IMG/VR virus record: IMGVR_UViG_3300010430_000007 | Location: 1-64,000 of that record | Direction: 5' to 3' (one strand) | Source of the DNA: a virus | DNA: 64,000 nt | In this document: positions 11,101 to 21,543 of the stretch, in pieces | Layout of the letters: every line of letters begins with the position of its first letter | How positions within the stretch are numbered: position 1 is the stretch's first letter | Translations under genes and position numbers: made by a program | Notes under the pieces: model-generated | The model's database searches: none | What the model saw: only the letters and a program-made list of their open reading frames with translations | Told to the model about the DNA's origin: nothing

Positions 11101-11365
11101 ATATATGAAAGTTTTGCCTCTCTTGTTTTTCTAAGTCAAACGACATATAAAATTCACAACCATGTATATATTTTATTCCTAATTTATCTGCTACTTGTTT
11201 CTTTTTAATCCACTGAAAAACATTTCCATGCTCTGTAAAAGCGATTGAATCTAAATTCATCTCCTTGGCTTTTTTTAAATAGTCTTCGAAATTAACAGTC
11301 GAATCAAAATACGTGTCGTTTGATAATGTTGTGTGTACGTGAATTGGAACTTGTCTTTTTGTCAT
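8123..11365 (-). CDS. dnaE: DNA polymerase III alpha subunit (DnaE-type)
   Basis: PHP domain (HVHT, FTEHGN, HGCE, GTDTH), PRGSCNGS, F.RFMNPERISLADVDID, KMDLL, FSINHS. Confidence 0.95.
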   Translation of the reverse strand: MTKRQVPIHVHTTLSNDTYFDSTVNFEDYLKKAKEMNLDSIAFTEHGNVFQWIKKKQVADKLGIKYIHGCEFYMSFDLEKQERQNFHISLYAKNIEGVRELNKLSSKSFIGKGEKWYPGIQYYYRPRISFEQLCATSKNILVSTACLASPLWKLHGKHECDKYTEWLVENKDRCFLEVQPHVRSEDQKTYNELLISFSKKTGIRIIAGTDTHVLNKEDNRLRAVLQAGKKDTGEAGEEDFELHMRTYDELFEEFQQQGILSDGEIFEAINNTCVLSDMCDNWELDFSHKYPKISNDPEKELWNRILKGIEDKRINDFEPEKRKKYLDAIKFEYDTYVKLGNCDYFVLLDDMVKFCRDNNIATSPRGSCNGSQSLWVLDITDVDPIKYGTLFFRFMNPERISLADVDIDMAGAKRPLVKDYLYNREGLQCSAIVTFSKLALRGACRLVAKGLGYDLETENLVAKEIEEKKIENEDETTTVISTFHNEEKWREKYPEWIELTYKAVGIITGTSTHACGFVTYDGEINEEIGTFRNKDSKWVISQNDMKAIDSVNFVKMDLLSVDNIQIVGDTEKDTGVALHNDDLDLDDINVWNEMLKSGLGIFQFEKSGWFSLRRALENFEDFVKNNPSVNRFFIMLALNGVIRPSCSSFREDFLQGIPNDNGHSAINEFFSNMNNYCIFQEQIMLFLEKFCHYTGSQSDSVRRGIAKKGGTDAFVPEIREKFMKHFIEDYGATEEESILAIDKFVQIIIDSSDYGFSINHSTPYTLLGFKNAYYRCYYPLQYLCNQLNVNDGKFEKTQNITDFIKEHTDIKIQSIKFGKSTSRYTFDLEENTIYKGMASIKDIGVKNGEELFELRDNTYESLTRLLHDITAKTSVNQSQVKILIKLDFFSDFGMAKKLLDIADMFYFKKQYSKKTMKKDSMIFPEELVAKHSAKETEKQYSGVDFVSVIEEIENTLEDVDLSIKDKIDVQSKHLGYINFTDPSMDKRYTLVTRLDTKYSPRFVGYCLNNGGTVDLKIKNKPKSKFYAKKEITYFQDAPFKNGDMIYINKFSKEHKRKKTDDGWIDLPETEWWALNYTKIE

Positions 11366-12376
11366 TTAACCCCTCCTTCTCTCTTTATACAAATGATTCC
11401 ACACCTCAATCCCTTGGTCTATCGGAGCATCTTTTTTACTTAACAACCCATCAGAGTCCAATAAATAACTAACATTAGTGATATGATTTAACTTATCACA
11501 CTCTTTCTTTAGTTCTGATTCATTCACATCCTCATCAAATGCCAGTACTACATCGACTCTCAGTTCCTTAATTTTTGGTAGTAAGTGTGGATTTACACCC
11601 TTCTTGCCTACCGCAATTACATTCTTAACATCATTCGAAAACAGTTTCATGACAGATTTCTCTCCCTCAACTAATATCACTTCACCTTTTTCTCTGATAT
11701 ATTCTTCTGTCAAGTGAAATCCATACATAATATCGTTCCTGCCAATTTTAGGCATATATAGGTACTTCATCAACCCTAATTGTTTCCAATTCTTATTCGA
11801 CACCCTGCCCTTAAATGAACGTAGTCCAATTTCATCATATAAAGGAAAACACCATCTACCATTGCTTTTATTTACACATACTTCAAATAATCTTTGTGTG
11901 TCTTCATTTATTCCTTCATCTAGCCAATCTTGAACTATAGCTGATTCGTATTTATCATATTCTTCTAATGAAAGATACTCTGGACTGAACTCACTTGTGT
12001 CTTCTTTTATTTTGAAGTTTCTAATAGTCTGAAGGATATTGCTTTTATTTCTGTTGATTGGCTTATACTCATATGTCATACCAGTTTTAAAACATAAATA
12101 CTTTTCAACTTCTTTTAAGTTCTTGCCTGACACGAACATTATAAGAGTGAATATATCCCTAATGTCGTAGTCGTCAAATGAACTTCTAGTATATATTTCT
12201 GCATTTAACCATTGATTTAACTTTATAGAGACGCTTGATGGATTGTCACCATTTGGAAGACAGGCTCTTATTTCTTTCTTGCTCCACATTTTAATTTCAT
12301 GAAATCCAAGCTCCTCTAAGATGTCAACTATAATCAAAGGGTCATCTCTTAATATGTCTTTTATAGCATTTTTCAT
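11366..12376 (-). CDS. dnaG: DNA primase (Zn-binding domain plus Toprim)
   Basis: RACLPNGDNPSS, FKGR, VILVEGEKSV, LAFDED; lies between the helicase and DnaE. Confidence 0.85.
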   Translation of the reverse strand: MKNAIKDILRDDPLIIVDILEELGFHEIKMWSKKEIRACLPNGDNPSSVSIKLNQWLNAEIYTRSSFDDYDIRDIFTLIMFVSGKNLKEVEKYLCFKTGMTYEYKPINRNKSNILQTIRNFKIKEDTSEFSPEYLSLEEYDKYESAIVQDWLDEGINEDTQRLFEVCVNKSNGRWCFPLYDEIGLRSFKGRVSNKNWKQLGLMKYLYMPKIGRNDIMYGFHLTEEYIREKGEVILVEGEKSVMKLFSNDVKNVIAVGKKGVNPHLLPKIKELRVDVVLAFDEDVNESELKKECDKLNHITNVSYLLDSDGLLSKKDAPIDQGIEVWNHLYKERRRG

Positions 12377-12393
12377 TTAATCACCTCTATTTT

Positions 12394-12422
12394 AGTATAA
12401 CAAAAGTAAAATACAATGTCAA
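12394..12422 (-). promoter_or_regulatory. sigma-A promoter for primase-dnaE
   Basis: TTGACA-17-TATACT. Confidence 0.75.
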
Positions 12423-12429
12423 GTATAAA

Positions 12430-13812
12430 CTAATCTTTTTTAAAATTTTCTGGCATTTGTGCTTCGTGCTGTCTTGCCTCATGGACACGTAGATTCATTT
12501 TTGGAGGGTCTTGTTCTACATAGAAATCTAAATAGTCTCCCTCTTGTGTTTTTCCACCATTTCTATTAAAATTAACTTCTAGTGCATGATTTCCACACTC
12601 TACCCCGTCCGCTTGTATTTCCTCAAAAGTCTTTTCTCTCCAAACCATTCCTGCGGTGGCGTATCTAGCAATGATATCCGAGTTAGCTATTTCATCCGAC
12701 CTATTTAATTGTACTGCCGACAATACTGGGATTCCATACCTTCCTGCTATGCCGTTCTTTAAATAGTCTGTGAAATTTCCCAAGTAAGAGCTTAACTCAC
12801 TCGCACTTGCATTTTTCTTATTAAGGTCTTTAATATAGTCGAATATAAAGAAGTCTATATTTCCTAATTTGTGCTTTGTTAATTCAAATCTTTGTTGTAT
12901 AGAATATTCATCCCATGCATGGCTATATTCTCTGTGAAACGGTGCATTCTTTAAAAAGTGAATTGCGTCTTGATATTTTTGTGCGTTATGTTCTCCAATC
13001 TTTCCAGCCTTGATGTCATCTATTGGGATTCCAGAAACAATACTTAAAAGTCTTAGGGTAACAAGTTCGTCATCTAATTCTGTGTCAAAAAGAACTGTTT
13101 TTAGCCCCATTTGGGCTTTTTCTACTTGCTCTTCTGCCAAAAGCAAACTCTTCCCTTTCTTGTATCTTGCCATAATAAGATATAAATCTCCTGAAACATA
13201 TGAGATGTATTGTTTAAGTTTATCCCATTTTACAGGAATTCCATAAGTTCCATCTGCATTCCTTCTACTTTCAATAGTTTCTAGTATTTGGTCTACCTTT
13301 TCTCCGTATAGTTTGAATTCATTATTTCCTACATAAGCATTTCCGATTTCTGATAAGTCAGTAATAATATCACTATTCAACTGATTTAAAGGTTTGCTCA
13401 AATCTAAACATTGTTGCTCATAGCCTCTAACGGATTCATATAATTTTCTTCTAAAACCTAATGAACTAACTGTCTTTGCTAAGTCTTTGTATTCTTCAAC
13501 ATTCGTTCTTGCTGTATATCCAGCATCTTGAATTAGTTTTCTAATGTGCTCATCCCCACCAGAATCACTCAGTCTGGCTTGTGTACTTTTTGTAGACGCA
13601 ATCATTTGAGATAAATTGAACATATCTATCTCTTTGACTCCTTTTTTTGATAGTTCAGAGATAGCCCAATAAATAGCTTGATTTCCAGTATCATAGAAAT
13701 GCCTTGGTTGTAAAAATTCTGAATGCGATATCATTGATGGATTCTTAATTAGAGTGGTGATTACACCAGCTTCCGCTCTCTTGTCTTGTACATCTTCTAG
13801 TTTTTTTGTCAT
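12430..13812 (-). CDS. dnaB: Replicative DnaB-like helicase
   Basis: DKRAEAGVITTLI N-terminal domain, Walker A ARYKKGKS, FDTEL, FDYIK, AVQLNR, NRNGG. Confidence 0.9.
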   Translation of the reverse strand: MTKKLEDVQDKRAEAGVITTLIKNPSMISHSEFLQPRHFYDTGNQAIYWAISELSKKGVKEIDMFNLSQMIASTKSTQARLSDSGGDEHIRKLIQDAGYTARTNVEEYKDLAKTVSSLGFRRKLYESVRGYEQQCLDLSKPLNQLNSDIITDLSEIGNAYVGNNEFKLYGEKVDQILETIESRRNADGTYGIPVKWDKLKQYISYVSGDLYLIMARYKKGKSLLLAEEQVEKAQMGLKTVLFDTELDDELVTLRLLSIVSGIPIDDIKAGKIGEHNAQKYQDAIHFLKNAPFHREYSHAWDEYSIQQRFELTKHKLGNIDFFIFDYIKDLNKKNASASELSSYLGNFTDYLKNGIAGRYGIPVLSAVQLNRSDEIANSDIIARYATAGMVWREKTFEEIQADGVECGNHALEVNFNRNGGKTQEGDYLDFYVEQDPPKMNLRVHEARQHEAQMPENFKKD

Positions 13813-13826
13813 ATTACACCTTCTTT

Positions 13827-14282
13827 CTAATCAAATAAATCTCCCCATAATTTAACTTCCTTTTTGAATGGTTTGATTTCAACCTTGTCTTTTTCTACAA
13901 TCTCTACTTTGTCCCAATCTATTTTAGTCCTACTTGCAACGTATTTTCTATATTCTTCTTCATTCTTTTTATAACCAAGGGTGAAACTTAGCCCATATAA
14001 ACTATTTAAATTTACACTAGGCAATCCTAGACACCATAGTACATATCCACTGTCAAAACCTTCTTTATCTATAAATTTGCTAATGGCCCCATTAACTGCT
14101 GTCGCGGGTTCTTTACTTTTAAATCTTTCATAATACTTTTCTCTTATTGCTTTTTTATCCAGCTTAATTTGGTAGCATTGTTGATGATAATAACTACCAT
14201 CTTTGATAGCTTCAGACTTCATTACTTTACCACCATGTTTACAATATTTATATGCACATTTTAATTCTCTATCCTTAACCAT
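13827..14282 (-). CDS. Hypothetical protein upstream of the helicase (possible loader/initiator)
   Basis: CxxxxC...HxxC at the N-terminus; occupies the slot of the SPbeta gene preceding its helicase. Confidence 0.55.
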   Translation of the reverse strand: MVKDRELKCAYKYCKHGGKVMKSEAIKDGSYYHQQCYQIKLDKKAIREKYYERFKSKEPATAVNGAISKFIDKEGFDSGYVLWCLGLPSVNLNSLYGLSFTLGYKKNEEEYRKYVASRTKIDWDKVEIVEKDKVEIKPFKKEVKLWGDLFD

Positions 14283-14299
14283 TTAATCACCTCTCAATA

Positions 14300-14325
14300 C
14301 AAAACTAGAGGGGACGAATCCCCTC
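14300..14325 (-). terminator. Intrinsic terminator after ssb
   Basis: GAGGGGA-TTCG-TCCCCTC followed by TAGTTTT. Confidence 0.7.
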
Positions 14326-14342
14326 ATAAAAATTAAATGTGT

Positions 14343-14687
14343 CTAGTACGGGATGTCGTCCTCAGCCTCAACTTCATTTCCACCGTATCCATCCTCAAAC
14401 TCGAAGTCAAACACAGTTACATTAATCCATAACTTATTCGCCTCTTTATCGAATGTGTTTTCTACGTATCCATTTGTAATTTTAATCTTATCGTTTCTTT
14501 GTAATGTTTTTGCCATGTCTACGCAGTTTCCAACAAATCTAATGTTCCAAGATGAATTTTTATACCCAGTTGATTCTCTATCATCTTTTCTTCCAGTGCT
14601 AGTTTTCGCATCTACATATTTGCCCTTGTCTGCTGATTCCCAAATAGTGACGAATTTTGATTCTCTATTTCCGATTGATAATGACAT
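14343..14687 (-). CDS. ssb: Single-stranded DNA-binding protein
   Basis: OB-fold-like pattern and acidic C-terminal tail EAEDDIPY. Confidence 0.8.
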   Translation of the reverse strand: MSLSIGNRESKFVTIWESADKGKYVDAKTSTGRKDDRESTGYKNSSWNIRFVGNCVDMAKTLQRNDKIKITNGYVENTFDKEANKLWINVTVFDFEFEDGYGGNEVEAEDDIPY

Positions 14688-14744
14688 AATATAATCTCCT
14701 TTTGCCCTTTGGCTTGTTTTTTTATTTTATCATCTGTTGTTTTT

Positions 14745-15539
14745 TTATTTCTTTGGTTCTTCCTTGCTTTCTTCTACTTTCTTGATTTCTGAAATTTCTT
14801 TCTTAACTTTTTTAGCCAACTCTAAATCTGTAATCTTGTTATGATTTTTTACATCATTTAATTTCATAACTTCACTTACCGCCTCTTTGTTGATTTTAAC
14901 TTTTTCATTTACTAATTTAGTAATATCTGCAATCGCTAACTGTAAAGGAGTCTTCTTTGGCGGAGTCTTCTTTCCAGTTGCTGGTGGTTTGTTTCCATTT
15001 CCTAACCCACTTGCGTTTTCTCCATCGTCATCTGGCTCTGAGGCAATACCACCAATAGCTGAAGCAGAATATCTTTTTAAGTATGTTATAGTCGAACCTA
15101 CACCTTGTACATCATTTTTAGTTGGTCTTGCTGAAATTGATTCATAAACAAAATAAGCACCGTCCTTATGTGTTAAAATATTATTGATTGCAACATCTCC
15201 ACCGTTTAATGTCGGGAATTGAATCAATGCTAAACCATTCTTACTTAATGCTGGTTTAATACAATCAAACACTTCATTTAGAGGTGCATAGTTAGCACCA
15301 TGAACACCTTTCTTAATTGTTTTTGGAGTCTCAACTTCTCCGCTATACTTTGCGTAACTAGTAAATAATGCTTTAATTTGTTCGCTTGTTCCATGTAGTG
15401 TTGTTTTCTTGAATGACAATTCATGAACGTCTTTATTTAATTCAGTTAATTCCATCTTTTCCATTGCGTTTTTAAACGCTTCATTTAAAACCTCTGACAA
15501 TTCTTGTACTTGCAAGATGTTTGGTGTATTATTTTCCAT
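14745..15539 (-). CDS. ERF-family ssDNA annealing protein
   Basis: YAPLNEV...KPALSKNGL...QGVGSTITYLKRYS...DDDG. Confidence 0.85.
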   Translation of the reverse strand: MENNTPNILQVQELSEVLNEAFKNAMEKMELTELNKDVHELSFKKTTLHGTSEQIKALFTSYAKYSGEVETPKTIKKGVHGANYAPLNEVFDCIKPALSKNGLALIQFPTLNGGDVAINNILTHKDGAYFVYESISARPTKNDVQGVGSTITYLKRYSASAIGGIASEPDDDGENASGLGNGNKPPATGKKTPPKKTPLQLAIADITKLVNEKVKINKEAVSEVMKLNDVKNHNKITDLELAKKVKKEISEIKKVEESKEEPKK

Positions 15540-16289
15540 CTCTCTCTCCTTTTAATTTAAATACTTTTGTCTACTCGATGTTGTCTTATAATTTTTCAAG
15601 CTTTTCAATTAATTCATACTTAATCACATGTCCAATATTCATTTCGTCTGTCAATGTGAATTCTTTTTTAGTTGGTTTGCTCATGATACCAGTGTAAAGC
15701 ATTCCACCACTGTTCAAGATAATAGCTTTTAAATTCTCTCCTTCTCTGTAAAGAACATTGTCTAATTCAACAGCCTTTCCTTTTTCTTCTGGATTCAATA
15801 ATTCTTCACCTTCATTGTCTAAATAAATCTTTACTACTTGTTCTGCCTCCATATTTACCTCCATTTATATTTGTTTTAACTTACCACTCTATCTTAACAC
15901 ACTTTGAAGTGTTTGTCAAGCATTATTTTAATTATTTTTCAACTAAAATCTTGTCAATCGTTTCTTCGTCGTATCCCAAATCCAATAACCAAGTTCTAAT
16001 TAATTCTCTAACTTCTACTGCATCAGTATCAGTCAAGAATTTAACCTCTCTGACTGGTAAAGTTTCATCGAATAATGATTTTGCCGAAAATGTAATTTCC
16101 TCTGCATAGTTGTCAAATTTGTTTTCTGTTGTCTCTTGATTTAGTTCTTCACATTTTGTTGTCATAATCTCTCTCCTCTATGTTTTATTTTAATTAATCT
16201 ACTCTTATATACTAGCATATCTAATCGATATTGTCAATAGTTTTTATGATATTTATTTAATTAATTTTCAGAACCACTTGAAATGGTAA

Positions 16290-16922
16290 TCATTTAGTAT
16301 TTATGTTAATCCACTTATGAATCTTGTTAAGTCTTCTTTTACTAAAGAAAGATTTACTAGAATACCATTCTTCCATTTCGCTCGTATGTTTGCTACTATT
16401 GCATATTTTACAGCTTGGGACACAATTATCAATTCCGTTTGAACCATTATGGTCAACGTGCTCTTTATGAAGAACTTGATTGTATTTATCCTTATGTTCT
16501 TCTTCGCTCATTCCACAATATGCACAGGAGTTGCCAAAGAATTCTAAGCACTCTTTCCACTTATTTATTGTAAATGTGTGCTTCTTCTCTCTCCTATCCT
16601 CTCTATACTTCTTTATCTTATCTTTGTTATTTCTTTGCCAGTCTACATACTTACCATTTGCTCTTCTTTTTCTTTCGCTATTTTTTATATTTTGTCTTCT
16701 ATTGTGTGCATTTTCTTTGTAATATTTCTTACACAATTCATTGTGTCTTTCATTATTATCCTTTAGCCACTTGGAAGACTTCTTAATATCACACTCTTTG
16801 CATGTGGGATGATAGTAAACATAGTCGCCTTTTGTTTTAGAATTCTTTTTTGAACTATAGTATTCTGACAAAGGTTTATTTTCCCCACACTTTGTGCACG
16901 CTTTGCACTCTATATAAATCAC
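16290..16922 (-). CDS. HNH endonuclease with N-terminal Zn ribbon
   Basis: CTKCGENKPLSEYY; CAYCG...EHVDH...NCVPSCKICNSSK. Confidence 0.8.
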   Translation of the reverse strand: MIYIECKACTKCGENKPLSEYYSSKKNSKTKGDYVYYHPTCKECDIKKSSKWLKDNNERHNELCKKYYKENAHNRRQNIKNSERKRRANGKYVDWQRNNKDKIKKYREDRREKKHTFTINKWKECLEFFGNSCAYCGMSEEEHKDKYNQVLHKEHVDHNGSNGIDNCVPSCKICNSSKHTSEMEEWYSSKSFFSKRRLNKIHKWININTK

Positions 16923-16954
16923 ATCCTTTTAATATCTATATTCTATATCACACA

Positions 16955-17269
16955 CTACATTCTTGATTTCTTATAATCTTCAATTAATTCATCTTTAGAT
17001 ACATTTAAAACCTCTAAAGCAAAATTGAGCAACTTTTCGTCTTCCACTGATTCTCCTCTACAGAAGACACACGATGACTCTAATTCCCACTTCCCATTTT
17101 TATGCATCGGAATTTCACCTTCATACTCTTCATCGTATCTGATAAACCCATTATCATTTGCACACTCTTGGGAACAATAGTGCTTACCACACTCACACAT
17201 CTCATATCCGTCCCAGTAATCACCGAATGCTTCTCCGCAATGGTCACAGCTATAATAATCTATTCCCAT
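16955..17269 (-). CDS. Cys-rich hypothetical protein
   Basis: Several CxxC motifs; SD present. Confidence 0.65.
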   Translation of the reverse strand: MGIDYYSCDHCGEAFGDYWDGYEMCECGKHYCSQECANDNGFIRYDEEYEGEIPMHKNGKWELESSCVFCRGESVEDEKLLNFALEVLNVSKDELIEDYKKSRM

Positions 17270-17270
17270 A

Positions 17271-17630
17271 TTAATTCTCCTTTATGTTTTTAACAGCTTC
17301 TTCAATGGCTTCGGTCAGTCCACACCCACCATTATAGTACATCACATGAAATTCAATTTTACCATCAAATCTTCTGTTTGCTTCGTAAAATTCAAAGTCA
17401 CAATCCATTTCTTCTTTTTCAATTTTATAAAGTTGGTTTTCTATAATAGTGTGGCTGTTCCATAATTCCTCATGAATCATTTCATAGGCATTATCATAAT
17501 CTTTTGGGTCGAATTCGTATGAGTTGTTTCTATTCTCAACACATGTTCTGACACACAACTCATAAAATGATTCTCCTTTCAACCTTGGTACTTTAGAAAG
17601 TACACCTTTATATCTTACTGTTTCGCTCAT
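17271..17630 (-). CDS. Hypothetical protein
   Basis: 119 aa with SD. Confidence 0.7.
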   Translation of the reverse strand: MSETVRYKGVLSKVPRLKGESFYELCVRTCVENRNNSYEFDPKDYDNAYEMIHEELWNSHTIIENQLYKIEKEEMDCDFEFYEANRRFDGKIEFHVMYYNGGCGLTEAIEEAVKNIKEN

Positions 17631-19310
17631 GAAACCTCCTATAAATCTTTTGGAGAACTCAATATATCTACTTTCAACTCTCCGTCTTCTTCTGAAATCA
17701 TAACTTCAAATTCAATTTCATATCCTAAATATTTCAATTTATTCGCAGACTCTTCTGAAAATCCTAGCTCTATAGCTTCGTCTACCAATTCATAATTTTC
17801 ATCTTTTTCTCTGTTAAAATAAATTTTCTTTTTAAACATAGGCTTTCCCATAATTACTCCTCTCAAAACTCTATATAAAAGATTCATCACATATATTTAA
17901 AGAGCTCTTGTGACTTCTCTTTGTGTCATCTGTAACATATACGATAACTCCATGTCATCATCTGCATCCCATTCAATTTGAACTTCTACAGAACCATCTT
18001 TATAGTTTAATCCTCCAAGTAAAAATGCATCTGTATCAATCGTTTCCGTCTTATTCTCTTCTAAATTTTCAATTGTAATTTTAAATCTCTTCATAATTAT
18101 TCTCCTCTACCAATGAAATCAAAGTTTTATCTACTTTTTAATCTTTCCTCTACTAGTTGAGCCTTTTGCTATGTCAACTCCAACAATAGCCGAACCATTT
18201 GTAAATTTAAGTTCATTTTTAGTTGCCATTCCATTAAACTCATCCATACACTCATCGCTACAGATTCTAGCATGTGAGAAATCAACTATATCAGTCATTT
18301 TACCACAAATTAGACAAGGCTTTTCATCTTCGGCTATCAATAAGTACTTTTTCTGTTCTTCTGGAATTGCATCTTCAATAATTCCATTATTTCTTCTCAA
18401 TCCTCTTTTCATGATTACTCCTTTCTAAATAAAACAATTCTTTCATGTGGTTTATTCTTCGGTGTCTTTCAACAATTCTTCCGCATTTTTAACCATGTAT
18501 TTACTCAGTTGATTATATCCATTATTGATTTGCTCTTCACCAAAACCTCTAAATCTAGTTAAGGCTGGTTTAATCTCATCAGTTTCTGGATTCCAAGTTA
18601 ATGCCATACCTAATAAATGCAGTTGCTGATTAACAAAGAACAAAGCTCCAGATTCTCTGAACTCTTTGCCTGTGATTTCTTTTACATATTCGTCTTTTCC
18701 AAATTCTCTATTCATAATTACTCTCCTTTTAATTTGTCTTGAAATAACTATTTTATCGTGTTTTATTCTTTAATCTCAAATAAGCTATCATCACGTTTAG
18801 CTTTTGGTTTATCCCACACATGTCTATTTCTTTCGATTCTTTCTTGTGCCTCCTCATGTTCTCTTAACATATGTTCAACTCCATGTTCTTCATAAATAAC
18901 AGCACAATCCTCGCAAACATCTAAATCTTCCCCATCCACTTCAACCGCTTCTCCACATTCGATACACATATATTTAGAACAACCGCACTCTAATTGCTCT
19001 TCATCTTCTAGAAATTCATGTCCGCAACAATTACAATATGTTGGGTCAATTTCAAAATCTAAATTCCAACTCATACCAACCCTCCTATAGACTATCTCTA
19101 ATCTCTCTAATAAATCCTTCAATCTGACAATATTCACACGGATTGATTTCAATTTCTACATTTACATAGCCTTCACTTCCACAAGCTTCACAGCTTTGCC
19201 AATTGTCGCCATTTAGTTGAAGAGTCCCATTTTGATACTTGCAATCTTTATACGGACATCTCCACTTACAATAATCCTCAAACTCTTTTAATAATTTCTC
19301 TTCCATTTTA

Positions 19311-19883
19311 TCACCTCATACATCTAATTGATTCTAAATCTGGTATAAATTCTTTTAAAAATTTATCTAAATCACGCTTAACTGTATAAAACATACTCAC
19401 TTTATCCATGTCTTCATAATCTCCGAAGTTGAAAATTGGAATATTATAATCTTTCGCAATTCTTAATGCTTGAGATGTTCCGCCTTTCATTTTACCATTC
19501 TTTGTATAGCATAAAATAAAATCACATGGAGTCTCTAAGTCTAATCCCAATACTTGATGACTATTTCTTGCTTGCAACTTTCTAGCTCCTTGCTTTAAAT
19601 TATGCCAATACGGATGATACTTTTCTGCAATCTCAAATGCTTTTGGATTAGATACGATTAATTTCGAACCGTTATTCTCAAATCCATACCAAGGCAAGTA
19701 TATTTCTTTGTCTCCACAATGTGTGTCACATCCTTTTTCAAATAATGAATCACTACCTTTTGCACCACCACTTCTTAGCACTGAATTGCATCTTGATAGT
19801 AATTTCGCATATGATGCCATCAATACTCCAACATATTCTGGAACCTCTCTACTTCCAATTCCTGCATAATAAATTTTATTCAA
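19311..19883 (-). CDS. SLOG/DprA-like superfamily protein
   Basis: YAGIGSRE...LRSGGAKGSD...GGTSQALRIA. Confidence 0.7.
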   Translation of the reverse strand: MNKIYYAGIGSREVPEYVGVLMASYAKLLSRCNSVLRSGGAKGSDSLFEKGCDTHCGDKEIYLPWYGFENNGSKLIVSNPKAFEIAEKYHPYWHNLKQGARKLQARNSHQVLGLDLETPCDFILCYTKNGKMKGGTSQALRIAKDYNIPIFNFGDYEDMDKVSMFYTVKRDLDKFLKEFIPDLESIRCMR

Positions 19884-19961
19884 TCTTGCCTCCTAACTCA
19901 CCATGAAATACACGTTTCATCACAATTTTCGTCCTCTACAAGTATTGCAAATGCTACATTC

Positions 19962-20588
19962 TTATTTTTCGACATCTTCTCTTTTGTATCCCAATAACGA
20001 AAGCATATCAATACCAAACTCACTGTCAATTTTATCAATCCATTCTAGAGTCAATTCGTCACTATATCTTTGAGGTCTATTCTTTTTAATCTTGATTGCG
20101 TCTTCAATAATTTCTCTGCATGTCATCCAATACACTTGGTCGCATTCACAACAATGAAAGAACTGTAGTCCGAGCTTAGTTTCAATAGATAATCTAACTC
20201 CATGTGCTAATTCCATCTTGTCATAGTTTTTTAGATAAAATTCTTGGACAGTGTTTCCAAATTTTCTACCCATCGCTTTCCAATCACAAATCATTTGATT
20301 TACATATTTATTGGGCATTTCTAGATTCCTCTCACTCCAATAATCCCAGTGATGTTTATTTCTATCTTTGTGGTGTTGCCAAGCCTTATTGAATCTCTGA
20401 GTATCGACCTTTGAATTTTCTCCATTAAAATCATAATTTGCAAATCCTATAAATTCCGTCAAACAAAATTTACTTAAGTCATGAGTGAATGCATGGACAA
20501 GTAGTCCTGCTTTGCAACATTCAATAAATACATTTTTCTTGTGCTCTAATACGTATTTTAAATAAACCCAATATTTTTTCATGACCAC
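19962..20588 (-). CDS. HD-like protein (DUF5662-like)
   Basis: VLEHKKNV...HDLSKF...WQHHKDRNKHHWDYW...CDW. Confidence 0.65.
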   Translation of the reverse strand: MVMKKYWVYLKYVLEHKKNVFIECCKAGLLVHAFTHDLSKFCLTEFIGFANYDFNGENSKVDTQRFNKAWQHHKDRNKHHWDYWSERNLEMPNKYVNQMICDWKAMGRKFGNTVQEFYLKNYDKMELAHGVRLSIETKLGLQFFHCCECDQVYWMTCREIIEDAIKIKKNRPQRYSDELTLEWIDKIDSEFGIDMLSLLGYKREDVEK

Positions 20589-21213
20589 TACTCCTCCTCA
20601 ACTTTCATTCCGCCATTTACCAACAACTCTAGTTTACCATAGCATTCTTCATTTGTCAACCCTTTATAATTATTTTTGCCTAAATAAAATCCACCCTCAT
20701 AAAAATATATTTGTAGATTATATGAAACCAAATCCGTTGCGATTGATACATACCTAGTAACTCTATCTTCATCATCGTTTAATTGATAATCTAGCTTATA
20801 AGTTCCTTGATACTTATGTCTGTATCCGAAATTCTTAAGTAGATTAATCATATCTTTCCACATTTTTATCCTCCTTTCACCACGAAACTTGCGCTTCATT
20901 TAGTCTCACTCTACACTTCGTAGTCATTACCAAAGTCTGACTTATCATCTCCAAACAACAACCAATTCGCTAATTCACATAAAATGTCGTCAAATTCAGC
21001 ATCATCAAAGTTCCATGCAATGTCGTTGATTTCATCCTGTGCTAATTGTATTTGATTATCTAGTACTTCCCAGTTGTTGTCACCAAACGCACTGTACTCT
21101 GGCAATCTATCTCTTTCCTGCTGTAGTGCTTTCACTAACTTTTCAATTCTTTCTTTTGTTGGTTTCATATTGACCTCCTATCATTCACTTGAAATATCGA
21201 TTTCATTGTGTTA

Positions 21214-21534
21214 TTATTCTCTATTTTTACTTCTTTCACTTGAAAACCCATCTGGATATCTAAGCTTTAATTTTTCAATATTTTCTTCAGTTATCTCATC
21301 CATGGAAAGACTTAGTGCATCGCACAATAAAGCAATATACCACATCACATCTCCAAGCTCTTTCTTGATTTTATCTACTTCTAAATCGTGGTCGTGAAAT
21401 GCTACTTTCTTGATTAAATCTGCAACTTCTCCAGCTTCACCAGCAATTCCCAGTCCTCCACAGATAATTTGTTCTGCATCAGATAGACCACCTTTAGTTC
21501 TCATTGCCAAGACTTGATATTCTTTTAATTCCAT
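21214..21534 (-). CDS. MazG-like nucleotide pyrophosphohydrolase
   Basis: GIAGEAGEVADLIKK...KELGDVMWY...NIEKLKLRYPDGF. Confidence 0.9.
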   Translation of the reverse strand: MELKEYQVLAMRTKGGLSDAEQIICGGLGIAGEAGEVADLIKKVAFHDHDLEVDKIKKELGDVMWYIALLCDALSLSMDEITEENIEKLKLRYPDGFSSERSKNRE

Positions 21535-21543
21535 ATACCCTCC

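Noticed and set aside
16272-16295. Possible extra sites at 16278 (AACCACTTGAAA), 25980 and about 56000
   Set aside because: Only one good arm each, so they are not counted.
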